From the NCBI GenBank assembly GCA_021613535.1, contig CP075495.1, positions 14,632,001 through 14,696,000 of the forward strand: a DNA stretch of 64,000 nt, in the 5' to 3' direction. Below the pieces are notes generated by a model, which had not been told where the DNA came from, did not search any database, and saw only the letters and a program-made list of their open reading frames with translations. The translations under genes were made by a program, and so were the position numbers. Numbering within the stretch: the first letter of the stretch is position 1; every line of letters begins with the position of its first letter. Source of the DNA: Adineta vaga (taxonomy: Eukaryota > Animalia > Rotifera). This document shows, one piece after another, positions 14,801 to 28,900 of this stretch.

Positions 14801-15596
14801 TTTCGAAAAATGATATTATTAGGAACTATTCTATTTGCTGTTACTGGTGGAATGCAAACCGAGAAGAAGAAAGTTTATATGATCGATGCACAAACTGGCG
14901 ATATTTTAACATCATTCGATTCCAATCCAGTAAGTTTACATTAATTTCCTAAATAAGAGAATGTCTTTGATTTTAATAAGTCATTAAATTCTCCACATGA
15001 TATTACTGTTTCATCCAATGCTCGTGAAATATATGTTGGTGAATTATCATTAACACCTGCTGATGCTTTACATAAATTTGAAATATCGAAACGGAAAGGT
15101 AAACACAAAAGAAAACAATCGTTAATTGAATCTATTTCTTTTCAAATTTTTTTCAGATCTTCCTACACAAACTTATAGTCGACGAAATTATTTTGCTGAT
15201 AAAAATTTTCGTATTTCATTAATTCTTATGATCGCGTTTGCCACTCCTGTTTTAATCGCTATCATTGTTGGATGTTGCATTCGTATAAAAAATATGCGTA
15301 TGTAAAAATCATTTGATTATTTTCAATTCTGTCTTTCTTCTTTAGGTAAACTTCATCATTTAAATTCATTTTTAACTGACGTGAGAAATACCGGAACAAA
15401 TCGAAGTTCAGTTCTTGGTGATTGGATGAATCGTCGGAAAGGTTTTGAACTCTTAGATCAATATTCCGATGGAGAAAATGAACCCTTAGATTCCAATAAT
15501 GGTAATGATTCAAATGAGAATTCAGCTGACGAAACAGTAACATATAATCATAAACAAAATAATACAAATATTTTCAAAATGGGTGAAAATCTTTAA
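11893..15596 (+). CDS. PAM: Bifunctional peptidylglycine alpha-amidating monooxygenase (PHM + PAL + TM + cytosolic tail)
   Basis: Signal peptide; Cu-ligand motifs AHHML, RVHAH, DEMCN; GWARNAP; KGDPQWPQ; PAL NHL propeller FYMPHGLTID, ADG|YCNSRI, ADRENFRIQCF; TM segment ~15210-15280; tail RKGFELL. Confidence 0.92.
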
Positions 15597-16465
15597 AAGA
15601 AAATTAGATCTTCTGAAAAGAAAAACTCTCAAAGAATCTCTTTTGTCTTTTTGCAAATAAACAGTTCTGTTTGTATTCAATATTTATTCATCTGACAAAT
15701 AAAACTCACATATATTTTTTTCTGTACTCGTATCAATCAAAATAAAACATGTTTTTATCGAATGACGTATTCTAAACTTCATGTTCACTTGAAATTAAAA
15801 GGACATCTGATAATGAAGAAAATAGTTCTTATTTTAGCTCTTTAATAACCGCCGTCAAATCATCACTTATGAAAAAGAAAGAATTCATTTTCACGTAAAT
15901 GTCAAACATAAAGCATACTTTTTGTTCACAATAATTATTTATCTATCTATTAGTTCAATAATAAGAAATGTGTGATATTAAAGTATTCACAATGTTGCTA
16001 ATTTGCATTCGAAGGTTGAAAAGTATAGGCAACTATAGAGTATTTTTTATTTTTTTACAACAGATATGATGTTTGAGTAGAGTTTTCATAGAACAAAAAA
16101 TTTGAATAGGGTGAATACCCGTACAAAGTAGTACTCAATAGATTCAAAATGTTTTATGATCAAACACACACACACTCACCTAGGGTCGCATATAACAGAA
16201 CTCTTCTCTTCTTGAAAGCATTTCTATCTTGAGAGTAAAATGATATTATCTATGAGATGCTTCTCTTGTCGAACCTGACAATACATTAAAACAAATTTCT
16301 AATTTATAGATGTGTTTCCTACTAACAAAAGAATCAAAGCATATCGATTCATTTTTCTGCTAGATTTTTAAAGTGTGGTAACAGAAACCATTCTTTCCTC
16401 TATCAATAATATTTCTGTGTGATTTTAATTAACCGTCGTACACTTTCCTTTCCAAAACTTTACAC

Positions 16466-18033
16466 ATGTTATCAATTTGGTTTATTCTCAGCAGTGTTTT
16501 TCCAATTCACGCTGTGTATCAATCAACAATTACCTTCAGCTCGACGGGTAAGGAGTTTCAACCAAGATATTCTCTTCAACTGTTAACAACTCAAACAACA
16601 CAAACTGTTACCCTTTGTTCTGCAGCATGTAATCAGCTTTCATCTTGTCGATTATTTGATTATGATTCATTCTCTCAACGATGTCGATTATTCGAAGGTG
16701 ATACAACTACTACTGGATCAATCATTTCATCATCTTCACTTACATCACTTGTTGGGACTGTGATAATTTCATCGACACTCTATTCAGCAATCCATAGTCA
16801 AACATGTCAATTATGTCAACAGAATCGATATGAAACATGTGCGATGAACACGAGCACGTGTCAATGCCCATTACATACATATTGGGATGGATCATTGTGT
16901 GCATTGCAATTATTTGAAAATGATACATGTGTTCAACGAGATGCATGTCGATCAGATCTGAATTTGACTTGTACTCAAGATTGTTATGGACGATTTATCA
17001 AATGTGTATCAATATTGATGGATAGTAAGTATTTTTCTCATGAACTAAAATGATATTTGATATACTGAGATGATTATCGATGTTGACAATGATTGTACAC
17101 TTTGTTTGTATAGGTGCTACACCTGCATTGGGTCTTCGTTTTGGTATCACAGTTGCGGGTGCATGTAATGGTAGTTCAACTACAAATCAAACAACACTAG
17201 TTTCACAATCAGACATCACAATCGATGGGAGGAATACAATATATGTTGGAGATAATAGTAATCAACTAATGAGTTTTGCACCGAATAATCGTACAGCTCA
17301 AGTACTTCAAACTTTTATGTCGTGGCCAGCATTTCTCTACTATGATAATAGAACTTCGCGGGTATATGTGACAGTCTTGCTACTTCATCTTATTTATATA
17401 TGGCCAACCAATAGAACCATTCCACCAAATGGCTTGTCTTATTCAAACTGCTCGATGAACTGGGTATACGCTCCATCTGGTATTGTTGTTGATAGTGTTG
17501 GAAATGTATATATCTCAAGTTTTTCGTGTAATTGGATTATGAAATGGACACCAAATGCTACGAACGGTACAGTTGTGGCAGGATCACCATTGGGATACTG
17601 CGGGAGTGATAGTCAATCGTTATGTGCACCTTCTAATCTTGCTTTAGACGAAGCTAATTCATTGCTGTACGTAGCTGATCGTTACAACGATCGTGTTCAA
17701 CGATTTATATTGAATGGGTCAGGCATCGGTATCACAGTTGCAGGTGGCAATGGCCAAGGCATAGCACAGAATCAACTGAATCGTCCAACGGATATATATC
17801 TTTCAAAATCAAAGAATGAAATATATATTGCTGACAGTGCAAATAATCGAATTCAGAAATGGGTGATCAATGCAACCGTTGGAACTACGGTTGCTGGTAG
17901 TCCAAATGGCACATCGGGTAGTTCACCATATCTAATAAATAAGGCTTATGCTATCGCAGTAGATTCTGAAGAAAACTATATATATGTGTCCGACAGTCTA
18001 AATAATCGGATTCAACGGTTTTCTTTTCATTGA
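16466..18033 (+). CDS. Secreted PAN/Apple + Cys-rich (EB-like) + NHL-repeat beta-propeller protein
   Basis: Signal peptide; CSAACNQLSSCRLFDYD...CRLF (PAN); CQCP..TYWDGSLC...C...C module; NHL repeats YVADRYNDRVQRF, YIADSANNRIQKW, YVSDSLNNRIQRF; intron ~17025-17112. Confidence 0.85.
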
Positions 18034-19199
18034 AACATTTAGTTTGTGATTCTCTTTTCATTATAATATAGTGTAATTGATGAATGTGCTTACGTAATCG
18101 TGTATTTTTGCGCCAATATATTTATATGTGTTATTTAACTTGTAATGTCTATCGTAAATTCAGAAAAAATATGTCATGATGAAAGTGTGAAAATCAGAGA
18201 AAGGTGTTAAACGTATGTTAATCGACGTGGAAAAGTTTATATCATATGTTGGCTTTTGGTAAAGCAATGATAAAGACACATATCTGAATGGAGTAAATCG
18301 GCAACTGTCTTGTTGTGAATAGTTGAATTCAAGTTTTTATTTGATGGATTACATATAAAAATTCTAGGTATGGCAGAAATGAAAACAATGCGCAAGATGA
18401 AAAATCTTGTTCTTTTTACGAGTATTTCACTCAAATTTAAGTATCATAGAAACGAGTTTTCAGGAATAAATAAAAATCATAGTTTATGTAAATGTATAGT
18501 ATAAGAGCAGATGAATTAGTGTCCTTATATCATCAGGTTCGTATCCATTAGAAAAATAGAGCAAGTAACTTAACTACTGCTTTTTATTTCGAGTATCTCA
18601 TTTTTGCCATTGTCCATAGCGTTAACTATTTGATTGATCAAGGGAAATTCATGTACTTTGAAAGTTTATTCCATTGATTTATGTCAGAAGAATGACTGCA
18701 ATATTTATACCATACTTGAATCGAATCCATGAAATTGATCATCTTCCATACATAACAGAATGTATAAACTATTAACTCATGTCTCTAACATAAAATGAAA
18801 TAGAAGAGGATGTGTCAGCAGGAGGATTTTCATCTGTTTATCAACAATTAAATGTTCGTTAAAAAATTTCACAATATATTTGTTAAACGATTGTTCTTGG
18901 CACACTTTGATAATACTCTTATACATTTGTTCTTTGATTTCCCTTAGTTTCCACCAGCTGATTGATGATTATTTTCAGAGGAGAATGAAATGGATAGTAA
19001 AGACGAAAAAGTTTATTGCTTTTTAAAACTAATTCGATATTTGATAAAAATTAATTTTAAAGTGAAAAAGACTATGATGCAGTGCTAGTATCTTAGAAAC
19101 AGTCAGAAAATTTCATCACAGAAAAGGAGTTTTTCATACTCAAAACATGCAAATCTTTGACATCTTACTTTTATTCAATAATTAAACTTCAACCTATGC

Positions 19200-19885
19200 T
19201 GACGATTGTGACTGTTTACGTCTTTCGACATGATAGAGTATTGTGTCATCTGCATTGAACACACATTATATAGGAGTGATCAACGATGATATAACTAAGC
19301 GAGGGCAACGACAGTGCCCAATGACCAGATCGCATAGGTGAAGTATGATTACACATTTAGCGTTATAATAATCCTGAACTCAAACACCAAAGGAGAGTGA
19401 CTGTATGTAAAATTGTATTTTCTTCAACCTAATGATTTCTCAACATCGATGTAATATAAGAGAAAACGAAACATTCTGAGGACACTTTTTTGCACTTTTT
19501 ACTACATTCTCCCGCTGTTCTTTCTATAACATATCTTCACTTGAAAGCATTCATATATAATCCGATTCTATTTGTGTCCTTTATATTTTCTTGAAACATA
19601 AACGATGTTCTTCGTTACACCTTTTCTTCTTTATACGTAGTTGGTCGAGGTAATCATTATGTTCAACGATTTGTATTAAATGGTTCGGGTAAAGATGGTA
19701 CAGTTGCTGATAGAAATACCCGAGGTTTCGCGAATAATCCAACTGATATCTATATCGCTGATTATTGGAATAACAGAGTTCAAAAATGAATGATCAATAT
19801 ATCAGTTGGTACCGTTGTATCTCGAAGTCCTAACAAAACTGCTCGTGAAGCGCCATACCCAATGAATAGTGCATATGCAACGTTT
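19200..19885 (+). pseudogene. Decayed tandem paralog of the upstream NHL-repeat gene
   Basis: 19625-19880 translates SSLYVVGRGNHYVQRFVLNGSG...PTDIYIADYWNNRVQK*MINISVGTVV...SP...PY.MNSAYA, colinear with 17660-17950 but with a deletion and W->stop; Cys-module remnants near 19200-19400. Confidence 0.75.
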
Positions 19886-20364
19886 TTCTCTCCATTAAAA
19901 TATTTCTTCTATTTACACATTATATATTGCTTTTGTGTTTATTCCATAGGTTGATGTTGCTTATACTTGATATTTTCATCAAAAAAATATAATTACAAAT
20001 GAACATTGACTAGATGTTATATATTTTATGATACAAACTAATAAATCTAAGAAAAGTTTTATAAAGAATATTTATCTTTTGGTTTTGAAGAAAAAACAGG
20101 TCCACAAAGAAGGCTGTAAGTTGTATGACTAAATTCAATTGAGAATAAATAGTTTGATATCGACTTGTCATAAAAGATATACATCTATCGATTCATTTTC
20201 AAGAAAACAAGATGATCCTATAGATGACCAAATAAATGTCCTCCACATAGGTTAAATTGTTTTTCTATTCTATAAACAAAGGTCAACCGTTATCAAATAG
20301 TATATATGATAGATTAATCGAAGTATGTTTCACAATATCTTCATCTTCTAGGTCATATTCGATC

Positions 20365-22899
20365 ATGTCTCTCTTTCTTAGGTAAAGATAAAATGAAAAT
20401 AGATGTATATGTACTTTAGTTTTCTTATTGATATTTTAGTGTATATTATTTTATTTTAATTATTCTAATTAATTTTTCTTTATCAATTGAACAGAAGTTT
20501 TTAAATAATTTTACTCATCATCATCATCATTTACAGGGATTTCCATCACATTTACCTTCAAAAAAGTACGAAATTGTTAATTTCGTATTCTCAAATAATC
20601 TATTCTGTTCTATATCTAGTATTTGTGCATACAAATCAATTGATGTTTCATGTTTATCTGACGCACTTTATCGAACATTCGATGGAACATGTAATAATCT
20701 TCAAAATCATTGGTGGGGTACAACAAATATTCCATTTCGACGTTTAGGAAAAGCAAATTATGTTGATGGTAAAACACACGATTTTTTATCAAGTAATCGG
20801 AGAGAAAAAAACAACTAATCTGTTCTTTTTTTAGGTCAATTTTATCCTCGAAATGTTTCAATAACTGGAATATCATTAGTATCTCCACGTTTAATTTCTA
20901 ATACTTGTTCGAACGAACTTACAGATGTAAGTGAACGTTCGATCAATTCATTTTTTACAACATTTGCTCAATTTATTGATCATGATTTATCGAGTTCTGC
21001 TAATGGAAAAGATGATGATGGTAAATCAATACATTGTGATTGTCAAGATGATTCCAATCCATTTTGTATGAATATTCAAACACCGGATATGCATGATCAA
21101 GCATGTATGATATTTGCACGTTCATCAGCACCTTTCGAAAGAGATGATGCATGTCAACATAGTAAGAGAAATTCTTTGTAGGAAAATAAAACTATTTCTC
21201 TATGAAAATCTAGTCGTTCGAGAACAAGTTAATCAAATTAATTCATATTTGGATGCATCGATGGTTTATGGAAATAATAAACACAAAGCTGATGAACTTC
21301 GAACATTTAAAAATGGTTGATTATTTTTATTTTGAGAAAAAAGACTTTGTAAATTTTGTTGTATAAATCTAGGACAATTGAAAACAACTGATCAAGATTT
21401 ACCTCCTCAGACATCTGCAGAAAAAGCAGCAGGATCATGTCGTGATGCACAAACAAATCGTAGTTGTTTTCTTTGTGGTAAAATCTTATTTCTCTTTCTA
21501 ATGATGCGATTTTCTATTCATTATTTTAGGTGATACTCGGGCGAATGAAAATATGGGTCTAACATCTCTTCATACAGTTTTCATTCGTTTACATAATTTA
21601 CTTGCAATATCATTATCAAAACTCAATTCATTTTGGTCCGATGATATTATTTATCATGAAGCACGTCGTATTACTATTGCTATTTTACAACATGTTGTTT
21701 ATAAAGAATTTCTACCTCTACTAGTTGGTTCATCACGATCAAATTTTGGTCATTATCAATATGATGCATCAGTAAAAGTCTATTTCAGATAAGAAAAAGA
21801 AAAAAAGATATTTTATTTGTTAGATTGATGCAACAATATCAAATGAATTTGCTACTGCTGCATATCGTTTTGGTCATACATTAGTCAATGGTTTTCTTCG
21901 ACGTTATAATAATCAACATGAATTTCTGGATGAAATTCCATTACCTCATTTCATATTTCGACCATATGAAGCATATAATAAACAAAAAGGTGGTTTAGAT
22001 TCAATAATATTTGGTCTTTTATTGACAACATCAGCCAAATTTGATCCTATGTTCAGTAATGTTCTACGAAATCATTTATTTGAAGCTGAAAAACTAGATC
22101 ATGCAGGTTTATTCTTCAAAAGTCGAAATCAAATGATGATCTTTCTTTTCCTTCTTCTTCTTCTTCTTATTAGTTGTAACGAAACGATACGATTTAGCAG
22201 CACTTAATATCAATCGAGGAAGAGATCATGGATTACCAAGTATGTGAAATTAATCATAAACTAATCATTGAAATATTTGTGAAAAAAAACTTCAGCTTAT
22301 AATTCTATGAGACGATATTGTGGTCTTCGTTATGCATCATCATTTAATGATCTTCTTGATACAATGGACTTACCAGTGATCCATCGACTTGCTTCTGTTT
22401 ATTCGTAAGTTTGAGTTTTTACTTTTTGTTTTTTGATTAATCAGTTTCTGATTGTTTTAGACATGTTGATGATATTGATTTGTATGTTGGTGGAATTTCT
22501 GAACGTTCTGTTTCTGATGGAATTGTTGGACCAACATTTGCTTGTATAATTGCTCAACAATTTCGAGATTTACGTCGTGGTGATCGATTTTTTTATGAAA
22601 CACAAAATCCATCGATTCGTTTTACTCCAAGTATTTAGAATTCTCATTGATTCTAGTTCAACACTCATTTGTATTCAATAGATCAATTCAATGAAATTCG
22701 TCACATTAGTTTATCAAGTATTCTTTGTCAAACTATTAAAGATATGAATGAAATACAAATTGATGCATTCAAAATGCCGAATCATTCGAAGTATGATTAT
22801 CATTTCAATCAATTTGATAATGTTTCGTTTCTTTTTAGTAATCAATATGTATCTTGTTCATCTTTACCTTTTATTAATTTATTGTTTTGGCGAGAATAA
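20365..22899 (+). CDS. Secreted animal heme peroxidase (peroxidase-cyclooxygenase superfamily)
   Basis: YRTFDGTCNN, FAQFIDHDL (distal His), INSYLDASMVYG, GDTRANEN, AAYRFGHTLV (proximal His), DLAALNINRGRDHGLP, QQFRDLRRGDRFFYE; signal peptide MSLFLS|VYYFILIILINFSLS. Confidence 0.92.
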
Positions 22900-23758
22900 T
22901 TTCTTAGAATTATTCTCGATTTCCTTTTTTTTATTTATCGATTTTTAAATTCTCAATCAAATAAACATCGTTTTAATCTTTTATGATATACAATCTTTAC
23001 TACAAAGTTTATGTCTATCATCATAAATAAGAATACTTTTCATATGAATTTCAACGATCGATTTATTTGCAGACAAGAATAGACATGTCTTATCTTCAGA
23101 TATTACTCATTCAAACACTTTCCATTCTGTTCTACTTTTTCAGTTCATAACAACAAAAAAACGCTTGACATTGTTTTCTTTTGTTATAAAATTGTTCCAA
23201 TAGAATATTCCCATATTTCTATGTTCTCTTTCATTTTATCAAAAATCAATATGTGACAGGTCATATTTTTGCATACAAACTACCAACTAATTTCATTGTA
23301 CTATCTTTCTCATGTCAAGTGTCCTTTTTTTCTTTTTCTCTACATATATAATGATTTCAACGTACCTAGAATACATATGATTTTTTTGTTAAAATTTATT
23401 CCGTCTGAAATGTTCTTTTTTTCTTTCTTGCATTGATTGGTTTTTATTTGTCGAAATGAAAAACAGTCGAACAAGAAAGAAACGATTTAAATGTGATCTA
23501 TTGAAAAAATTTCAATGGTGAAATAATTGAAGCAGACTTTTTTTTCCTACAACATCTTCTAGCATTGTTGAAATGAGAATGAGAGGACGAGAGAACAAAA
23601 GAAAACAAAGTAATACATAACTTTTATATTTGCCTATTTTACGACTCACTTTCAATAACGACGATTAACAAAGAGAATAGATTTTTATTTTGAGAAAAAT
23701 TACATTTCGAAGACATTGAACTATACTCTTGAAAAGTTTCTTTTTCAATAGACTATAG

Positions 23759-24881
23759 ATGTGTGCTTCAAAGACAATTTTTGCATCACCAGATCCAACT
23801 TCTTTACATTTACCGAAGATTTCGAAAAAATCTCGACAACCTCATCGACATTCTCCAACACCATCATCCATTATATCTGTACCAGCGACAGCAATTTCAA
23901 CAAATAATTCGGAAAATGTTTCAGCATTAAAAGCTAAATATACTGGTTATGCATCATGGTTAAAAGCATCTTCACGACAAAATCGTGAACCTGCATTTAC
24001 ACATGAACTATTGAAACATTCTCTATGTCAAATGGGTATTGATCAAACCCATGCGACTCAACTCGTATCAACATGTACTTGGTATGTTTATCAATTTCAA
24101 AAAGGTCTAGGTGTTGATACAGATCATCCTGATCATTCGACCATAAGTGAAACAAAAAAATCTCAACAATTAACAAAAAAACGACTTCAAAGAAAGAATA
24201 TACCTCGATCGAGTAAACCAATGTCACCAAGAGATTATTCTCCCGAATCGGAATTAACATTTGCTTCGATTAGTAAAGGTAATCTATCATTTATTTAATC
24301 TTCTTATAGATTAAATCAGTTCTTGTTCTCTAGAAAATTTTAACCATCCTCCTCCTCCTTCACGTCCAGTAACACGACATAAATTATCTGCTTTACCATC
24401 TGTACATCCTTCTGAACCAGGCGTATCACCGCGTGCCCGTCGTGTTGATTTTGACAATGAACAAACAATAACGAAACAAAAATCTTCACAAAATCGATCG
24501 ATATTAAATAGAAAAAGTGTTCTACCAAAAATTCGAGTAAATGAAACAGATTCAACTATATCTATTAATAACGAGCAAAGTGATGTCGAACTTGATAATG
24601 TACCTAGTGATCTTGATCAATTCAATTTCAATCGAAATAATCGTCGAAATAGTGCTGCCATTGGTCAAACACGTTCCATTCTTCGTAAACAAACGATTAC
24701 GAATGTTTCAGACGTTTCTCTGGATGTAAATAATCGACGAAATCGACATCGATTATCATCACCACCATCAACATTAATCGATGAAATACCATTAGGAACC
24801 AAATCACAACGTTTATTCGGTGGAAGTGAATATTTTGCACAAATTCTGAATGAACTTGAAGAAAATAGTATTCATTATTAA
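23759..24881 (+). CDS. Hypothetical Ser/Arg/Pro-rich protein, 2 exons
   Basis: 179-aa ORF spliced (intron ~24279-24333) to a long open exon ending QRLFGGSEYFAQILNELEENSIHY*. Confidence 0.6.
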
Positions 24882-25337
24882 GAAGTGAACTTCTTTCTTG
24901 ATTTTCTTCTTATCTATGAAAATTATAATGTTAGAAAGAAAGCTCTTCTTTCTATAATCCAACAAAATATCTTTATTTTGAATAAAAATTATCAATAGTA
25001 AATTATAGTTTTGTTTTGTTTTTTTGTTCGAAAAAATGAAATAAATATGTGGAATAGTTATGGAGATGTGTTTGTTTATTTTTTGTAATGATGACGTGAA
25101 AGAAAGAAAGAAAATTTGCTTTTTTTTACATCGTAAAATAATTTTGAGAAACAACAATCGTTTTAAAAGCATTTTCTTATTTTTTTTTCTTTCTTCAATG
25201 GTTTGAGGCGTATGTTTCTAATTCAATAATGGAATGTTTACTAACTTTGATTAGAATGAGAAATCTATATATCATTTGATCTATTGCGTTGATATAAATA
25301 ACTTTCTCGTGTTACTATTCATAATCGTCGTAAATGA

Positions 25338-25882
25338 TTAATAAATATTTCTATTTGATTGAAACAGAGAAAATAAGACGTCATATAATTTGCCTTGAAT
25401 ATGTGCTTGATAGAATTCATCTGAACTACCAAAATATCGTCCCGAAATGAAGATATATGGAGTCTAGACGGAAAGAAAAGTTTTATTTTCTACTACGAAC
25501 TTTTCAAACAAACATGTATTGAGTTTTGAAGAACATGTGGGCACTAAGAACTTTAGAGGAAGGAGAGGCGGCTTAGGTAAACAGTAAGCTTTTCTTATTG
25601 AATACCTTTCGTCGATCAGTGAAACAAAGTGTACGAAAATAGTTTTCGATTTGTTTACAGTCATGCCTTTTTTCCATATCAATCCATTCGTAGAAATCTT
25701 TTTAGAGAGAATAACATAAATAGAATTTCTTTTCTTCTCTTCAAATGATTACTTTTTGGTGCAAAATATTTCTCAAGTATTTGTATAACTTGACGACAAC
25801 AAGGATCATTCGTTTTACCGAAAATGACCATTTTTTTAGTTTGAATTTTTCTTTCAATGTAACATTTCGTTGAACTAAACAT
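25338..25882 (-). CDS. Glutaredoxin-like protein with atypical active site (DPCC), 3 exons
   Basis: MVIFGKTNDPCCRQV..., YEWIDME...CKQIENYF, RK|TPYIFISGRYFGSSDE mirror Grx motifs VIFSK.CPYC, TVP.VFI.G..IGG. Confidence 0.7.
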
Positions 25883-25978
25883 AATGATTATCTAGAATCA
25901 GTGAACTAATTAAGTATTTTATTTTGTAAGTTTAGTTTTGCATAAGAAGAAGAACGAAAAAAAAATAAGAAGACTTTT

Positions 25979-28900
25979 CTAATCTTTAGGTCGAGAGGTG
26001 GTTCGTTGTGCTAGAAGTAATGAATAAATATAGTTTTCAGAAGAAGAGAAATAAACAAACAAACCTGTTGATTTATGACTTGTTCGTGTTTTTTCCGGTG
26101 GATTTGATGGTTTTTCTGGTGCTATTGGTTGAAGTTGTTGGGATGGTTGAACTGTTTGTGATTCGAGTAATTCTTTCGCTTCGCGTTCTTTATATTGTTG
26201 AAAACGTGTTGTTGGATTTTTCTGATTAAGAACCGCTTCTAATGATTGATATTCCGGTGATTTAACTGATATATCACTTATACCCTTATTAATTAACAAA
26301 GGTCCAAAATAAAGATTAATGTTTCTTTTTTTTTCATAAATTTATTTTTACTTTTAATTCTAATCGACAAAGACCGGCAAAATCCATTAATGAAGCCGTT
26401 GATACTGTTGATGATAGATTGAAAATTTCATTAAAATGTGATAAAACGGATTGGTGTTGAATTGAGAGAAGAAATTCTCTTACTGTATCCATTGTTAAAT
26501 AGTTTCCTACGAAAAAAATCAAGTTTGAATTGAATAAAAAAAGCACTTTTTTCATGATTTACTTGATAAATTTAAATTAATCAAAGCATAATTTCCTCGT
26601 AACCAAATTTCCTCATCATGTATTTCGATTTCAGTCGTTTCGAGTAAAGGATTTTCTCGATCAACCAATCGCTTTTGAAATGAAGAGACCTAAGAAACAG
26701 AAAAGAAACAACTTTTAACATTCGTAAAAGAAAGATATTTCAAGCAAGTAAGCAATCAAATCTGAGCATGAAATACTTGTTCGGATAAAGTCATATCAAA
26801 TGGATGATCCTACGAATGAATAGGAAAAAACTTAATATTCGTTTGATTTGAATATATTTAACATTTAAAACAAGAGAAAAAGCAAAGAGATATAATATTG
26901 ATGATTTAGCTTACAACACAATTGAGTAAAATATGTAAATAATCGAATGGTTCCTGTAGGAAGTTAGAATGTGAATTTGATGAATTTTATCTGTGATTTC
27001 AATGAATGACAGAAAATCAATAAATATTATTTTACCTGTCCAAGTGTATCTTCATTTTCTTCTTTAACCACTGGAATATTCTTTTTTGATGTAGCATTCA
27101 TTGCAGCTGCGATCTTTTTTACACGTGCTGGACCAGATATTCGTGGTTGATCTAAGCAAGAAAGAAAATTGTAAAGAAATCGAATTTAGAGATAATTACC
27201 AGCATCTTTTGTATTTGATGTGTTAGCAGGTGTACGACGTGATGCATTTCCAGTTGTTGAAGAAGATTCGTTTCGGCCTCGCTTTGATTCACTTTGTCTT
27301 CCAGATGGCGGACGATTTTCTTCTGAGAAAATTTCGATTAATCCAACGAGAAATAAGAATTTCGTCAATTTCTTACCTGATTCAGGTCGATTTCGTTTAT
27401 CCTAATAAAAAACGATCGAAATTAAAATAAAATCATATGAGAAATAGTCTTAACAAACCACAATAATTTGTGCAATTTTTGTTGGGTTTAATTTTCGTTT
27501 ATTTGGATCTGTGAAACGTTTCCAATCGACACGACTTGATTTACTTTTGGTTGAAACCGTCGAAGGTGTTGGTGAACTTGTCTAAAATCATCATTTCAAT
27601 CTTTGATCTTTGTTTTTATCTTCATGAAATATTTCAAAACAAACTGTATATCTCCAATCATCAGGATGTGTAGCTGCGTAACGTTCAGCAAGTAAAAATC
27701 GACGTCGAACAATTTCTTCTTGTGTAAGAACAATTCGTCGAAGAACCTAGACAATAAATAAACTATGTTATTTTCTCGTTTTTATTTGATTTGTTTAAAA
27801 AAAAAGGAAATAAAAGCAAAATATTTTCTAAACATGATGCATTATTTCAAATTATGTTGGATAAAAACAAACACACGTGAATTTCTAGTTTTTCTATCAA
27901 ACAAAGTTATATGATATTAGTGAAAAAACCTACCAATACTTTATATCTAAAGAAATATTTGAAGAATATCGATCAAATTATCTTTTGAGAGATACTTACT
28001 AATGCAAAAAGTATACCACTTCGATCGGTAATACAATTTGAAGAAAGATTTAGAGATATTAATGTACGATTGTATCGTAATGCCTAAGAAAGAAAGAGAA
28101 GATTTGGATTATTTGAATGTATTGTAAATTTACTGTTGCTAATGATTTTGCACCTTGATCACCAATTTCATTACCACTAAGATCAAGTGTTAATAATTTC
28201 CAATTCTGTTTCGACATATTTCCAACAGCATTAGCAAGTCGTTCAATACCAAGATCAGTCATATTGCAATAACGAAGAGATAGATGAAGTATTCTAAAAC
28301 AAAAACTCAAAAGAGAGATAAAGAAAATATCGTAGATGAAAAGAGTTTACTTGGAATCATCTTTTTCAATGAAAAGATAAAAATAATCGGATGCCAACGG
28401 ATTTCCATCCAGAGAAACACTTCTGAAAAAAAATTACACATCATTTTTTCAAAAACTTTTCTTTCAATCTCGAAAATTTACTTTAAATTTTTTATTCCCT
28501 GGCATAATTCAACCAATCCACTGATTGTCTGTTGATTAAGTCCAACAAAACAGAAACTAAATATTCATCATGAACTGGAGATGCAGAAAAGTTTATGAAA
28601 TATACTTTAGTGTATGTAATTGTTCTTGAAAAGGTAGAACTTGCTTTAAAATTTCGATAAAACGTAGATCAAGTTGCCATGCTACAAAGAAAGTTTCGAA
28701 TATTGAAAATAAATTGTTAAGTCAATTGAATTACCTCGCATATAGAGAGCTGTTATTTGATCGATGGGTTCGGTTTCGTTTCCAACAGAATCAACTAATA
28801 ATTTTGGTCGAAAGAATTCGCTATCATCAAGTAATTGAAATGTTTTATAAGGTGATGAAGAGACTTTCAATGGTTCTTGTGCTATGAAAAAAAGAATTTT

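Noticed and set aside
24813-25172. Numerous 60-140 aa ORFs rich in F/I/L/K or antisense to real exons (e.g. 2607-2972, 35451-35861, 54361-54690)
   Set aside because: Composition reflects AT-rich UTR/intergenic DNA or shadow frames
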